Assembly: GCA_965216565.1 (NCBI GenBank)
Contig: OZ244170.1
Coordinates: forward strand, 1,824,001 to 1,888,000
Direction of reading: 5' to 3'
Length of the DNA stretch: 64,000 nt
From: Bythopirellula sp.
GTDB lineage: Bacteria > Planctomycetota > Planctomycetia > Pirellulales > Lacipirellulaceae
The translations under genes and the position numbers were made by a program. The notes below the pieces were generated by a model. That model did no database searches and was not told the DNA's origin. It saw only the letters and a program-made list of their open reading frames with translations. The stretch's first letter is position 1. Every line of letters starts with the position of its first letter. This document shows positions 1-9,941 of this stretch, piece after piece.

Positions 1-251
1 GTCCTCGACTATCTCTTGAGTGGTTGGACCACAGCAAGACAAGTGGAAACTGCGAGTTGATCATTGCCAGCAACCGTCGGATCAATCCCTGTGATTGCGA
101 ACTGCATTCTCCGTTTTGGATCTATTCGGATAACTAATCTTTCTAGTTAAAGCACCTAACTGCTGGACAGTTGAAACTATACTGAGAACTTGTTTACAGA
201 ACGACCTCGTGACACCTGCAAGTGTGACTAAAATCAATCGATTAGTGAACC

Positions 252-287
252 AGTGACCCCTAGGTGGGGAAGGGACTAGGGGCCACT
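252..287 (-). terminator. Stem-loop just downstream of the protease gene
   Basis: AGTGACCCCTAG (252-263) and CTAGGGGCCACT (276-287) form an inverted repeat with one mismatch, 8 nt after the stop at 296. No clear U-tract. Confidence 0.5.
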
Positions 288-295
288 TCTCGTAC

Positions 296-1738
296 TCAGT
301 TCTCAAAACGACGGGCGACACTCAGCAAGACTATTCCTGCGGTCAACAGAAGTAGAGTGCCAGGCTCTGGAATTGTGACTATCTGTCGGATGGTGAAAGA
401 TGCCATGCCGTCTACGACCCCGTCAATATTGTCGGGGACTTGGATCCCTGCCCAGAATTGTGCCATTTCGCCGGGGAATACGCCAGGATATGCAGGCGGA
501 TCATCGAACCACCACAATGCATCGGGATCTGCGGGTTCATCTTGCATGGGTGGATTCTTAAAAACGCCAAGCTCCTCAATGGGCGCTGGGTCGGTTTTGA
601 AAAACATCTGATCGGCTTCATTCGAGCGGACAAAGTTTTCACCGACGCCGGTTCCTATTTCAAAGTGAAAATCAGTCCACTTGAACGGAGTGAAGTTGGT
701 AACCTTTTTGTCGATCGCTAACATGGCAACCCGGTTTCCGAAGCCATCGTCCATGAATGAGTTTTGATTGACAATCGATATTTCGATATCAAATGGTCCC
801 AGACTCGTTGCAGTTTCCTCCAAGTCAATCGTGTCGAAACCGAAATGCCCGCCGCTAGTCCCAGGAATGAACGTCTCTCGATCAATGGACCAGTCGCCGT
901 CGAAATTTCCAATCATCGGAACAGATGTCATCATCTCGATCCAAGGCTTATAAGCGCTAACCCGAGTATGGAAGATTGTGTCGCCATGCGCATCAGCCAC
1001 ATTGCTGGTAGAGGCGGATAGGACACCAGCGATCTGACCGTTCTTAAGCATGGGTCCACCCGAGTCGCCTTGCCCAACTCCGACATCTGTACCATCGCCA
1101 TCAAAATCGGAGATGATGTTGCTGTCGGTCGTGCCCGTGGCCTGACCAGGAACATCTGCCGTGCTGTCAGCTTCATTGTTGCCCCACCGCTTTACGCCAG
1201 AACTGCCATCATTGGTCACGCCCCATCCTACAAGCTGTACATCCATTCCTGCTTCATCCGAATTCATATATAGAGAGAGGGGCGTGATTCCTGTGACATT
1301 TTCCTTGAGCTTGATGATGGCGATGTCATTAGGTAAATCGCTGTTATTGACGAAGTTTTCATGTGTTTTCGCCCTCATGAATGAAAAATCAACTGTCTTC
1401 GTGCTACCAGGATTCATCGGATCAGCAATCTGGAACCTGACATCTCCATTAACTGAGTGAGCTCCCGTTTCGCTAAAGCAGTGCCCCGCTGTCAGTACGT
1501 GCATAGGCGATATCAGCGAGCCAGAGCACAGCGATCCTCCTTCAAAAAAGATGCCTCCCACCGCTGGGAACATAGCACCGGCAGGCGTACCATTGGGGGG
1601 CGTACCAAATGATGATGTGCTAGTGATTGCCTGAACCGGCTGAGCAGTAAGAGACATCATTAGCATTGTTGCCATTGCGATAAGAGCAGTCCAAATCCGC
1701 CACCTATCACAAACGTGTTGTAAGCATGTAGCATTCAT
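296..1738 (-). CDS. Secreted S1 (trypsin-fold) serine protease with C-terminal PEP-CTERM anchor
   Basis: Catalytic triad motifs LTAGHC, NDIAII and GDSGGP. Signal-like N-terminus and IPEPGT+TM+RR tail. Start moved from 1885 to ATG 1738, which follows an AGGAG RBS. Confidence 0.88.
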   Translation of the reverse strand: MNATCLQHVCDRWRIWTALIAMATMLMMSLTAQPVQAITSTSSFGTPPNGTPAGAMFPAVGGIFFEGGSLCSGSLISPMHVLTAGHCFSETGAHSVNGDVRFQIADPMNPGSTKTVDFSFMRAKTHENFVNNSDLPNDIAIIKLKENVTGITPLSLYMNSDEAGMDVQLVGWGVTNDGSSGVKRWGNNEADSTADVPGQATGTTDSNIISDFDGDGTDVGVGQGDSGGPMLKNGQIAGVLSASTSNVADAHGDTIFHTRVSAYKPWIEMMTSVPMIGNFDGDWSIDRETFIPGTSGGHFGFDTIDLEETATSLGPFDIEISIVNQNSFMDDGFGNRVAMLAIDKKVTNFTPFKWTDFHFEIGTGVGENFVRSNEADQMFFKTDPAPIEELGVFKNPPMQDEPADPDALWWFDDPPAYPGVFPGEMAQFWAGIQVPDNIDGVVDGMASFTIRQIVTIPEPGTLLLLTAGIVLLSVARRFEN

Positions 1739-1927
1739 TAGTTTCTCCTGAGGGCAATTAAAACGATGCGAAAAAGAGGAGACAATAAACTCTTGAACTC
1801 GCGATCTCTCGTCGGTTACTTCATAAACAAGGTCCTTTCTGCGTGATGCGATTTGCCATTTTCCTGATGCTAAACGCATAAACAAAACAAAGTTCCTGTC
1901 TCCTCAAATCTTTGCCTCTCACGGAAA

Positions 1928-2400
1928 TTACATCGTGTTCCTGCACCGGGTGGCCCAAACAAGCCGATCGAGGACCCAACAAAGTGATCGATGCCGGTTC
2001 AGAAATAATGATCAACGGGTTCACACCATGACACTTAGGAGAGCTCAATTGCGATCTTTTCTGGTCACTGGATAATCGGTTAAGGCGGATTTGTTTCAGG
2101 TGAATTCTGCCGACGGAGGTGCAAAAGCCATTGGCCATCACACTGCCAAGGCCAAAGCTACCAATAGTCGCCGACGCGCCTTTACCCAGCGAATCGCTGG
2201 AGGTGAACAGACCAAAACCTGGAGAGATTGAGCTGGTCGGAGTAGAAGTCGTCAATAAACTGACGATGAAGACAGCATCAGAAAGAGCGATCTTGCCGAG
2301 AAAGGAAATTAGGTCTGTCGCACTCACGAGCGGCCCTCCCTCTTCTCGAAAGGTAGACCCGAGCACTGCGGAGGGCTTTACACCTGCCCTTCCAATAACA
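1928..2400 (-). pseudogene. Decayed PEP-CTERM gene remnant
   Basis: The minus frame reads IISEPASITLL. A 1-nt shift continues VLDRLVWATRCRNTM*, which resembles a broken PEP-CTERM TM plus basic tail. The 5' boundary is uncertain. Confidence 0.45.
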
Positions 2401-2882
2401 GCAGAACAAGTTGGGGCGAAAAAGTCAAGAATCTCCTTGAAACATAGTGGATCACTTCGAATCTGAGGTTTTGAGGCGGTGGGCAGCTAGCCTTAAAGCC
2501 GTTCGCCCAGCTTTTTCTCGGCTTTCTTGCATCTGGCATCAGTTCATCAGATCCTTCGTCTTTGTTCGGTATTGTCCTTCTCCTAAAACGAATGCGAACT
2601 GTTCTTGGACCACAGATTCTCTCTTACTCGACAACGCAAAATAGCAATCAGTACTACGCATTGCTGGCGCACCGTTTACACCATATGCGTCCCGCTAGTG
2701 ACTATTTCTGGCGAAAAGCGCGAACGGCATTCTGCCTGTTTAAGTGGTTGGCTCTTGTCTAGATCCCCGTATTCATCGAGATAAAACGCAATCGGACGCG
2801 TCGGCTTGCAATGAGAGAAAAGAGCACGTAGGGAAACTAAAAAAACAGAGGAAATCGTTGACAATTTGTCGATTCAACCTGC

Positions 2883-2923
2883 CTGTTGATCCAGTGGTTG
2901 CGGGTTTGAGTCCCGTCCGGTAC
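2883..2923 (+). mobile_element. Degenerate tRNA 3'-half (His-like), probable att scar of an integrated element
   Basis: Exact tRNA geometry: loop CTGTTGA, stem strand TCCAG, variable loop TGGTT, T-arm GCGGG-TTTGAGT-CCCGT, acceptor strand CCGGTAC. There is no 5' half or D-arm. Confidence 0.6.
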
Positions 2924-3140
2924 TGATCTGCTGAGCGATGCAGACTGGCCTATCTGACTGCGATGTAGCCCAGCAATAAGTTGCATTCTCAGGCAGGTTG
3001 TGCTGCTGCTCATCGAATTGGGTGAGCCAGCCACCTCTTAAGCACACTCAGGACTCGAGCGGACACGCCTATAATCAGGTTTGAGAGAAACTTTGGAGTA
3101 AGTAGTAGTTCTTGAGCCAATGCATCCAGGATTGCGTAAG

Positions 3141-3338
3141 CTACGGCACTACTACTTCGTCGTCTATTGTAGGGGCCTTGCCCATCCACAAGGGCGTAGC
3201 CACAAACCACCCAATTGTGCCGATTAACATTAGGAGCTTGACTTGCCCCAAATCGACACTATCGGTGAGGAATAGCACAGCTGGAATGATAGTAGTCGCC
3301 AGGGCTACGAAGGAAACGAGTTGCAGAATTGTTCTCAT
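3141..3338 (-). CDS. Small two-TM membrane protein, last gene of the rha operon
   Basis: 65 aa with two hydrophobic segments, starting 55 nt after the permease on the same strand. Confidence 0.7.
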   Translation of the reverse strand: MRTILQLVSFVALATTIIPAVLFLTDSVDLGQVKLLMLIGTIGWFVATPLWMGKAPTIDDEVVVP

Positions 3339-3393
3339 AGAATTACTCGTTGAAAGTTTAAAGCGTGTGAAGAGATTTAATCTTGGGGACCTG

Positions 3394-4806
3394 TCATTTC
3401 TGCATAACTTTGCTCAGGCCAGCGTATAAGACTGTGGCCACGAACCAACCGGGGAGGGCGACGAACCAAATCTGAAATGGCTCGAAACCGTTAATCTCTA
3501 TCCCTGAGTAAACGAGCCCTACACATATGCCAAGGGTGACAATCCACGTCAGCCCCGCGGCCCAGTTAATTGATATCCCAGTTCGCTCTGCGTAGTTGGA
3601 CTGGAGCCCCAGCTTCTTAAAAAGCCAGAAATCGGCGAAAACTACGGCACCCATTGGCATCAAGACCAATCCATAAAGTGCAACAAACCCCAACAATTTC
3701 ATAGCGATAGCAGGAAACATACCGGCCACGGTAGCGATCGCCCCAGTAATCAGCGTGACGGCAAATCGTGAACTCTTGGGGACGATAGCCTGGAAGGCCA
3801 GACCCGCGCGGTAGATCGTTGGGTTGGCCGTGGTCCAGCCCGCGATGATCACACAAATCAGTCCGGCGATACCGGCTGCCTCGTAGGCCAGCGGTCCAGG
3901 CAGGACGTCGATATTTTCTGGGTTGTTGTGCAGTTGCAGGGCGTAAAGCACGGAAGCACTTAGCCATGCCATAAAATGCCCTACGTACATGCCTGCAGCG
4001 GTGGCGATACCATACCAAGACTTTTTCGCAAATCGAAAAACAGACAAATCGCTCATGCCAACGTGCATTGCCATGTTGCAGAACCAGGCAAAGAAAGTGA
4101 CGTGCCAGAAGGTGAACTTCACCTGCCCAGGCAACGGATCGCCGCCTTTCCAAATTGTTGTTTTGGCGAGTTCCCACACATCACCGGCACTGGTAACCTC
4201 CGAGCCGGTAGCGAGGATAAACTGCCGTAAGCCAATCAGTCCAAACGCCAGGAAGACCAGCACCATCCATGGAGCGGCGATATTGGCAATTCGCGAAACC
4301 ATCTCATATCCATAGGCGGCAACCACTGAGATCGCAGCACCAACGGCTAACACGGCCAGAACCCATCCGACGCTATTTGGATACACATCATTAAGGCCAG
4401 GCATGGGGAAATCAAACCACACCCCAACCGCTGTTGCCGAAACGGTGATCATCGACCCAGCCAGGAAACAGAACATAATGCCATTGGCAAGGTTATAAAG
4501 GGGTACCAAATCTCGGCCGCAGATTTTTTCTAACTGATAGTACAAAGTGAGTCGACTTCGCACAGCAATTGGCGCGGTGAGCAACATCCAGCTCAACACG
4601 GCCAGAGCATTCCCAACGATCAAACCAACAACGACATCAAAAGCGCTGACGCCGGCAGCCACAAACAGCGGGCCAATCATCAGTTCCGTGCCAGCACAAT
4701 GCTCGCCGGCGTACATACCAATAAAGTTTTTGAACCCCAGCAAAGCGCTCTCGGGGACGGGCTCGCGTTCGTATTCGTTCTGATTGTTGGAGTTCTCGTC
4801 TGACAT
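3394..4806 (-). CDS. NCS1 (purine-cytosine permease/CodB-like) transporter, probably for L-rhamnose
   Basis: About 12 TM segments, N-terminal EYEREPVP, DLSVFRFAK and WTTANPTIY motifs of the NCS1 type. It lies directly after rhaA. Confidence 0.8.
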   Translation of the reverse strand: MSDENSNNQNEYEREPVPESALLGFKNFIGMYAGEHCAGTELMIGPLFVAAGVSAFDVVVGLIVGNALAVLSWMLLTAPIAVRSRLTLYYQLEKICGRDLVPLYNLANGIMFCFLAGSMITVSATAVGVWFDFPMPGLNDVYPNSVGWVLAVLAVGAAISVVAAYGYEMVSRIANIAAPWMVLVFLAFGLIGLRQFILATGSEVTSAGDVWELAKTTIWKGGDPLPGQVKFTFWHVTFFAWFCNMAMHVGMSDLSVFRFAKKSWYGIATAAGMYVGHFMAWLSASVLYALQLHNNPENIDVLPGPLAYEAAGIAGLICVIIAGWTTANPTIYRAGLAFQAIVPKSSRFAVTLITGAIATVAGMFPAIAMKLLGFVALYGLVLMPMGAVVFADFWLFKKLGLQSNYAERTGISINWAAGLTWIVTLGICVGLVYSGIEINGFEPFQIWFVALPGWFVATVLYAGLSKVMQK

Positions 4807-4843
4807 AGGTCTTCAACGCCTTGTAAAACTTTTTTTGAATAAA

Positions 4844-6100
4844 CTAGCGAGTTAGTAAAACCGACGTTTCGTAGCTTTTCACTTCTTCAAGCCAAGCTGT
4901 ACCTACCGGCACATCTTGCGTGTGACAGTAGTAATCCCAAACAGCACCCGCGGGCAAGCTCTTGGTTTCTTCCAGAAGTGCCAACCTTGCCGTGAGGTCG
5001 CCGGTTGATTCGTATTCCCGCAATTTGTCGATCGGTTCAAGCAATGCCAATAGCATCGCCTTCAGCGTGGCGCGCGTTCCGATGACCCAAGCCGCGATGC
5101 GGTTAATGCTGGCGTCGAAGAAATCGAGCCCCACGTTGACCTGATCTAAATAGTCTCCACGAACAATTTCTTGGGCAATCGCCTCCAGTTCATCAGTAAG
5201 AGTGACAACGTGATCGCTGTCCCAGCGCACCCCACGACTAACATGCAGCAGCAATTCGTCGACCCACTGGAGAACCGACGAGATTTTGTCAGAGATCACC
5301 TCAGTTGGGTGAAAGTGTCCGGCATCGAGGCAAAGCAATTTTTTATTGCGAGTTGCATATCCCAGGTAGAATTCATGCGATCCGACGACATAGCTTTCCG
5401 AGCCGATGCCGAAAAGCTTGCATTCGACGGCATCGCGATTCAACGCAGGATCAATCTCTAGCGAAAAGATCTCGTCCAACGATGCTGCCAACCGTTGTCG
5501 AGGCCCCTTGCGATCCACGGGTGTATCCTTGTAACCGTCTGGTACCCAGAAGTTGGTAATGCAAGCTGTGCCTTGCGCTTTTCCCATGGCAGCACTAATT
5601 TCGCGACAGCGTTTGCCGTGTTCGATCCAGAAATTTCGGATGCTTGGATCCGAGTGCGAAAGCGTAAAGCCATCGGCAGATTTCGGATGAGAAAAATACG
5701 TGGGATTGAAATCCAGCTTGAGGCCTTGGGTTTTTGCCCAATCGATCCACGATTGAAAATGCTCGGAAGACAGTTCATTTCGCTCGACATGACTGCCCCC
5801 AGTTTCCGCATAGCTGGCGTGCAAGCTAAATCGATGGTTGCCGGGGATTAGTGAGATCGCTTTTTCGAAGTCCGATCGCAGTTCGTCGGGCGTGCGAGCC
5901 CGCCCCGGATAATTGCCGGTAACGGCGATTCCTCCGGTGAGATCTCCGTCAGGGTTTTCAAACCCGCCAACATCATCTCCCTGCCAACATTGCATCGAGA
6001 TAGCAATGGTTGCCAATTTCTTAAGAGCAAATTCGACATCCACCCCCAAATTGGCATACTGCTCTTTGGCTAGTTCAAAAGACTTTTCGATTTGAGACAT
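4844..6100 (-). CDS. rhaA: L-rhamnose isomerase
   Basis: [52 protein letters not shown] and [14 protein letters not shown] motifs. Confidence 0.97.
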   Translation of the reverse strand: MSQIEKSFELAKEQYANLGVDVEFALKKLATIAISMQCWQGDDVGGFENPDGDLTGGIAVTGNYPGRARTPDELRSDFEKAISLIPGNHRFSLHASYAETGGSHVERNELSSEHFQSWIDWAKTQGLKLDFNPTYFSHPKSADGFTLSHSDPSIRNFWIEHGKRCREISAAMGKAQGTACITNFWVPDGYKDTPVDRKGPRQRLAASLDEIFSLEIDPALNRDAVECKLFGIGSESYVVGSHEFYLGYATRNKKLLCLDAGHFHPTEVISDKISSVLQWVDELLLHVSRGVRWDSDHVVTLTDELEAIAQEIVRGDYLDQVNVGLDFFDASINRIAAWVIGTRATLKAMLLALLEPIDKLREYESTGDLTARLALLEETKSLPAGAVWDYYCHTQDVPVGTAWLEEVKSYETSVLLTR

Positions 6101-6112
6101 GGATTCTCGCTT

Positions 6113-7618
6113 CTAAAATGACTTAGATATTAGATCATTGTAACGGTCGCTAAGTGCCGACATCTCAAGACCATCAGAGGGTTCTACCTGACGGGGCGAA
6201 AATGATTTCGCAACAACGTTGCGGAGTTCACCTACGCCATCGAGTTCCCCACAACCGATGGCTTGAACCAGCACATTGCCAATAGCTGTGGCCTCGATGG
6301 GACCGGCGATTACCAACTTACCTGTTGCCGCACTCGTCAGTTCATTGAGCATCCTATTTTGGATTCCACCGCCAACGAGATGGAGCGATTCGCAAGATCG
6401 ATCCAGAGTTGATTCCAATTGCTGGAGAGTGTGGGCGTAGCATAGCGCTAGGCTTTCAAGACAGCAACGTACCAACTGCCCCGGACTCTCAGGTTCTGGC
6501 TGTTGAGTATTGCGTGCAAAGTGACATATCTTCTGACTAATATTCCCAGGCGTTGCGAACTCGGCATAGTTGGGGTCAATTAAGGTGCGACCCTGTTCCG
6601 CTTGTCGGGCTTGGTCAACGAGTTTGCCGAAGCTGAGTTGGTCGCCATTTCGCTCTAAGTCACGCTGAACTTCCTGAATCAGCCACAGTCCTGCAATGTT
6701 TTTAAGAAACCGTACCGTCCCTCCCACTCCTCGCTCATTGGTAAAAGGAATGCTACGTGCCTGAGCTGAATTAATGGACTGTTCCAGTTCGGCACCTAAC
6801 AATGACCAAGTTCCACTAGAAAGGTAGGCCCAACTTTGGTCGCCAGTTGCCGGCACAGCTGCCACGGCCGAAGCCGTATCGTGTGCGGCTGGAGTGACTA
6901 CCTTAATTTGCTCCGAGGCACCTGCCTCTGCAAGAATCTCAGATCGCAGAGTGCCGACGACGGTGCCAGGCTCAACGATTGGACCTAACATTTCATGAGG
7001 TAGCTTGAGTCTTTCCAAGAGTTCACGATCCCAATCCCCAGTATCGATCGCCAACATACTGCTAGTCGATGCGATGCTTCGCTCGGTAACAATCTCACCG
7101 GAAAGCCAATAGTGAAACAGATCGGGCAAAAACACAAATCGTTCCGCAGCGTCGAATAGCTTTGGCTCCTGCTCGTATCTTGCCGCTACTTGGAACAGGG
7201 TATTGAACGACATCAGTTGAATGCCAGTGCGCTCGTAGAGTAGCTCAAATCCTCCCAGCTTTTTCAAGACTTTTTCACATGCCGAATCGTTTTGCGGATC
7301 GCGGTAACAATGGGGTAACGATAGCAATTCACCGCTTCTGCCGAGCAGTGCCCAGTCGACACCCCAGGTATCGACGCCAACACTCACTAGTTCGACTTTT
7401 TGCTCGCGGCACCAAGCGACGGCTTGGCCCAATCCCTGACGAATATTGCTCCAGATCCCGGTCAAGTCCCACACGGGACCAGTTGGCGTAGGGCACGCAT
7501 GGTGGTGGAAGCGATGCACCTCTTCCAACCCTAAGGTCTCAGCATCCTTATCGAACACCCCAACCATTGCCCGGCCGGAACTGGCGCCTAGATCGATAGC
7601 AAGGTGGGCTATGGACAT
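6113..7618 (-). CDS. rhaB: Rhamnulokinase (FGGY family)
   Basis: LAIDLGASSGR, GVDTWGVD, HDTASAV, YLSSGTWSLLG, FLKNIAGLW and GPIEATAIGN motifs, plus operon context. Confidence 0.94.
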   Translation of the reverse strand: MSIAHLAIDLGASSGRAMVGVFDKDAETLGLEEVHRFHHHACPTPTGPVWDLTGIWSNIRQGLGQAVAWCREQKVELVSVGVDTWGVDWALLGRSGELLSLPHCYRDPQNDSACEKVLKKLGGFELLYERTGIQLMSFNTLFQVAARYEQEPKLFDAAERFVFLPDLFHYWLSGEIVTERSIASTSSMLAIDTGDWDRELLERLKLPHEMLGPIVEPGTVVGTLRSEILAEAGASEQIKVVTPAAHDTASAVAAVPATGDQSWAYLSSGTWSLLGAELEQSINSAQARSIPFTNERGVGGTVRFLKNIAGLWLIQEVQRDLERNGDQLSFGKLVDQARQAEQGRTLIDPNYAEFATPGNISQKICHFARNTQQPEPESPGQLVRCCLESLALCYAHTLQQLESTLDRSCESLHLVGGGIQNRMLNELTSAATGKLVIAGPIEATAIGNVLVQAIGCGELDGVGELRNVVAKSFSPRQVEPSDGLEMSALSDRYNDLISKSF

Positions 7619-7632
7619 AATTTGAATTGGTC

Positions 7633-9828
7633 TTAGCGAAGAAAAGCTTCATGCAAACCACCATCGACGTTGATGATTTGTCCTGTGGTTTTACTCGATT
7701 TTTCAGATAGCAGGAAGTACGCCGCTTCGGCCTGATCGGATGGCGTGATCGGTTGCTTCGTCAATGTTCGCTGGGCATAGAACTGGGCAAGCTTGGTGCG
7801 AAGTTGATCGTCGGACTCGGAGTCAGAAAATTCAATTTCGTATTTCGCCAGGGAAGATATAACCCGATCTCGCGGAAACATGGTCGATCCTTCCACGACC
7901 GTAGCCGGTGCGATAGCATTGACACGTACTAGGGGGGCCATTTCAATGGCTAGTTCGCGGACTAAGTGGTTCGCTGCCGCTTTGGAAGTGTCGTAGGCAA
8001 GTGATCCACGTTTAGCAACTGCTCCATTGACGCTGGTTGTTAGTACCACCGATCCCTCAAGACCCTGCTTCTCGAACACGTCGCGCGCTGCCTCTACCAA
8101 GTTGTAGCTTCCTCGGACGTTGACGTCGAACGAAAGTTTCCATTGCTCGGCACTGTTTTTGCCATCGCGTCCTGGTGCCATAAACACGCCTGCCGTGACG
8201 ACAACGTTGTCGAGCCCTCCATAGGCAAGCAATGTCTGGCGAAGGGCAGCCTGGATCGATTCCGGATTAGTAATGTCAACTGCCACTCCGATAGCCGGGC
8301 CGCAATTGGAAATCCCCGATCCGGCTACACCAATGCCCTCACCATAGATTCCTCTTAATTCATTCGCCGTTGCTTGCGCCGATTCCAAGTGTAGGTCGGC
8401 ACAGACCACGTGGGCCCCCTCTTTGGCGACGCGATGGGCAATCTGTTTGCCGATGCCGGAACCTGCTCCCACGACGAGAACGATACTCCTAGCCAGTTCC
8501 TTTTCGGGCGGCATACGCTTGAGTTTTGCTTCCTCTAAGAGCCAATACTCAATATCGAAAGCTTCCTGTTGCGGAAGAGCAATGTACTCGTCAATCGCTT
8601 CCGCGCCCCGCATCACTTCTACGGCACAATTGTAAAACTCGGCGGTAACTCTCGATTCACTCTTGTTCTTGCCCCAAGCAATCATGCCTATGCCGGGAAT
8701 CAGCACGACTGTGGGATTCGGGTCTCGCATGGCTGGCGAGTTCTCATGTTTGCAAGATTCGTAGTAAGCCTGATAGTCCTTGCGGTACTGATTAAGGCCC
8801 GAGTCTAACTTATCCTTTAAAGATTCGAGGTCCTCGCCTTGCGGATTCCAATCCACGTAGAGTGGTTTAATCTTCGTGCGTAAGAAATGATCAGGGCAAC
8901 TAGTACCTAGTTCAGCTAGTCGAGCGGTATCGTGCGAATTGACAAAACTGAGAATTTTCGCGTCCGACTGCAAAGTGCCGATGAATTTCTTCTGCTGACA
9001 AATCTGCCCGCGGAGCCACGGCAATAGTTCTGCAAGTAGCGTGTCTCTTTGCTCCTTGTCCATTGTCTTGTACTTTTGACCACCAAACGTCTCTTCACCC
9101 TTGTCTTTGGACTCAATGAATTGAGCTGCTTTGTCAATCAGCGACAAGGTTAGCTCATAGCACTCACGATCATCATCGGCCCAATTGATCAAACCGTGCT
9201 GGCCCATAACCAGGCCTTCCAGGTGCGGATTTTTCTCCACCTCCCCCTGCATCAATAGCCCTAGCTCGAATCCTGGGCGCAGCCATGGTACCCAACCCAC
9301 TTGATCGCCAAAGATCTCCTTCGTCAGTTCCTCACTCCTTCGACTCGCTGCAATAGATATCACCGAGTTGGGGTGCATGTGATCGATATGCTTCGCAGGC
9401 AAAAAGCCGTGCAGCGGTGTGTCGATCGAACTAGCCCGAGGATTGAGGTTAAACGTGCAGTGTGGAAAGTAGCCCACCATCGCATCTTCCGCAGGCGTCT
9501 TAGGTCCTCGTTGTGGCTGGGCTTGGTACGTCTGCTGCAACCCTAGCAACTTGTGAAGATAGAGTGAGGCAAAATTCTCACTCTTGCTGGTCCGCAGATC
9601 ACCGCCGGAACCCTTTACCCAAAGCACCTCGACTTCTTCGCCAGTTAGAGGATCAATCTCGATCAATTTTGCCGAAGTGTTTCCACCTCCGGTATTAGTG
9701 ATCCTCTGATCGGCCCCTAGCCAGTTAGATCTCTTGACGAGACGCTCAATTCCCGAGGCATCTTTGATTTCGTCATTGTCCCAATGGTTATCAACGCTGG
9801 TGAAGTTTTTCGTGGTAATTGTTGACAT
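7633..9828 (-). CDS. rhaD: Bifunctional rhamnulose-1-phosphate aldolase / short-chain dehydrogenase (RhaEW/YuxG-type)
   Basis: Class II aldolase N-domain (GGGNTS, VKGSGGDL, SIDTPLH, HMHP, CPDHFLRTK) fused to an SDR domain (GAGSGIG, YDTSK, INVDGG). Start at ATG 9828. Confidence 0.92.
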   Translation of the reverse strand: MSTITTKNFTSVDNHWDNDEIKDASGIERLVKRSNWLGADQRITNTGGGNTSAKLIEIDPLTGEEVEVLWVKGSGGDLRTSKSENFASLYLHKLLGLQQTYQAQPQRGPKTPAEDAMVGYFPHCTFNLNPRASSIDTPLHGFLPAKHIDHMHPNSVISIAASRRSEELTKEIFGDQVGWVPWLRPGFELGLLMQGEVEKNPHLEGLVMGQHGLINWADDDRECYELTLSLIDKAAQFIESKDKGEETFGGQKYKTMDKEQRDTLLAELLPWLRGQICQQKKFIGTLQSDAKILSFVNSHDTARLAELGTSCPDHFLRTKIKPLYVDWNPQGEDLESLKDKLDSGLNQYRKDYQAYYESCKHENSPAMRDPNPTVVLIPGIGMIAWGKNKSESRVTAEFYNCAVEVMRGAEAIDEYIALPQQEAFDIEYWLLEEAKLKRMPPEKELARSIVLVVGAGSGIGKQIAHRVAKEGAHVVCADLHLESAQATANELRGIYGEGIGVAGSGISNCGPAIGVAVDITNPESIQAALRQTLLAYGGLDNVVVTAGVFMAPGRDGKNSAEQWKLSFDVNVRGSYNLVEAARDVFEKQGLEGSVVLTTSVNGAVAKRGSLAYDTSKAAANHLVRELAIEMAPLVRVNAIAPATVVEGSTMFPRDRVISSLAKYEIEFSDSESDDQLRTKLAQFYAQRTLTKQPITPSDQAEAAYFLLSEKSSKTTGQIINVDGGLHEAFLR

Positions 9829-9941
9829 AGTATCGATGTGTCTTTTTGTTGGGATAACGATTGCCAGCGGGCATATTCCCACTTATAATGGCCCAAGTCA
9901 AGTATATTAGCAGTCATTTTGACAGATTTTGTGGGATTAAC

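Noticed and set aside
241..253. 13-bp match ATTAGTGAACCAG to the reverse complement near 63280
   Set aside because: Matches of this length are expected by chance in 64 kb, and no transposase or target duplication is seen.
9683..9694. CCACCTCCGGTA matches the 3' end of tRNA-Leu, a possible att duplicate
   Set aside because: It is only 12 bp, inverted relative to the tRNA, and lies inside the conserved NTGGGN codons of the aldolase. Chance explains it.
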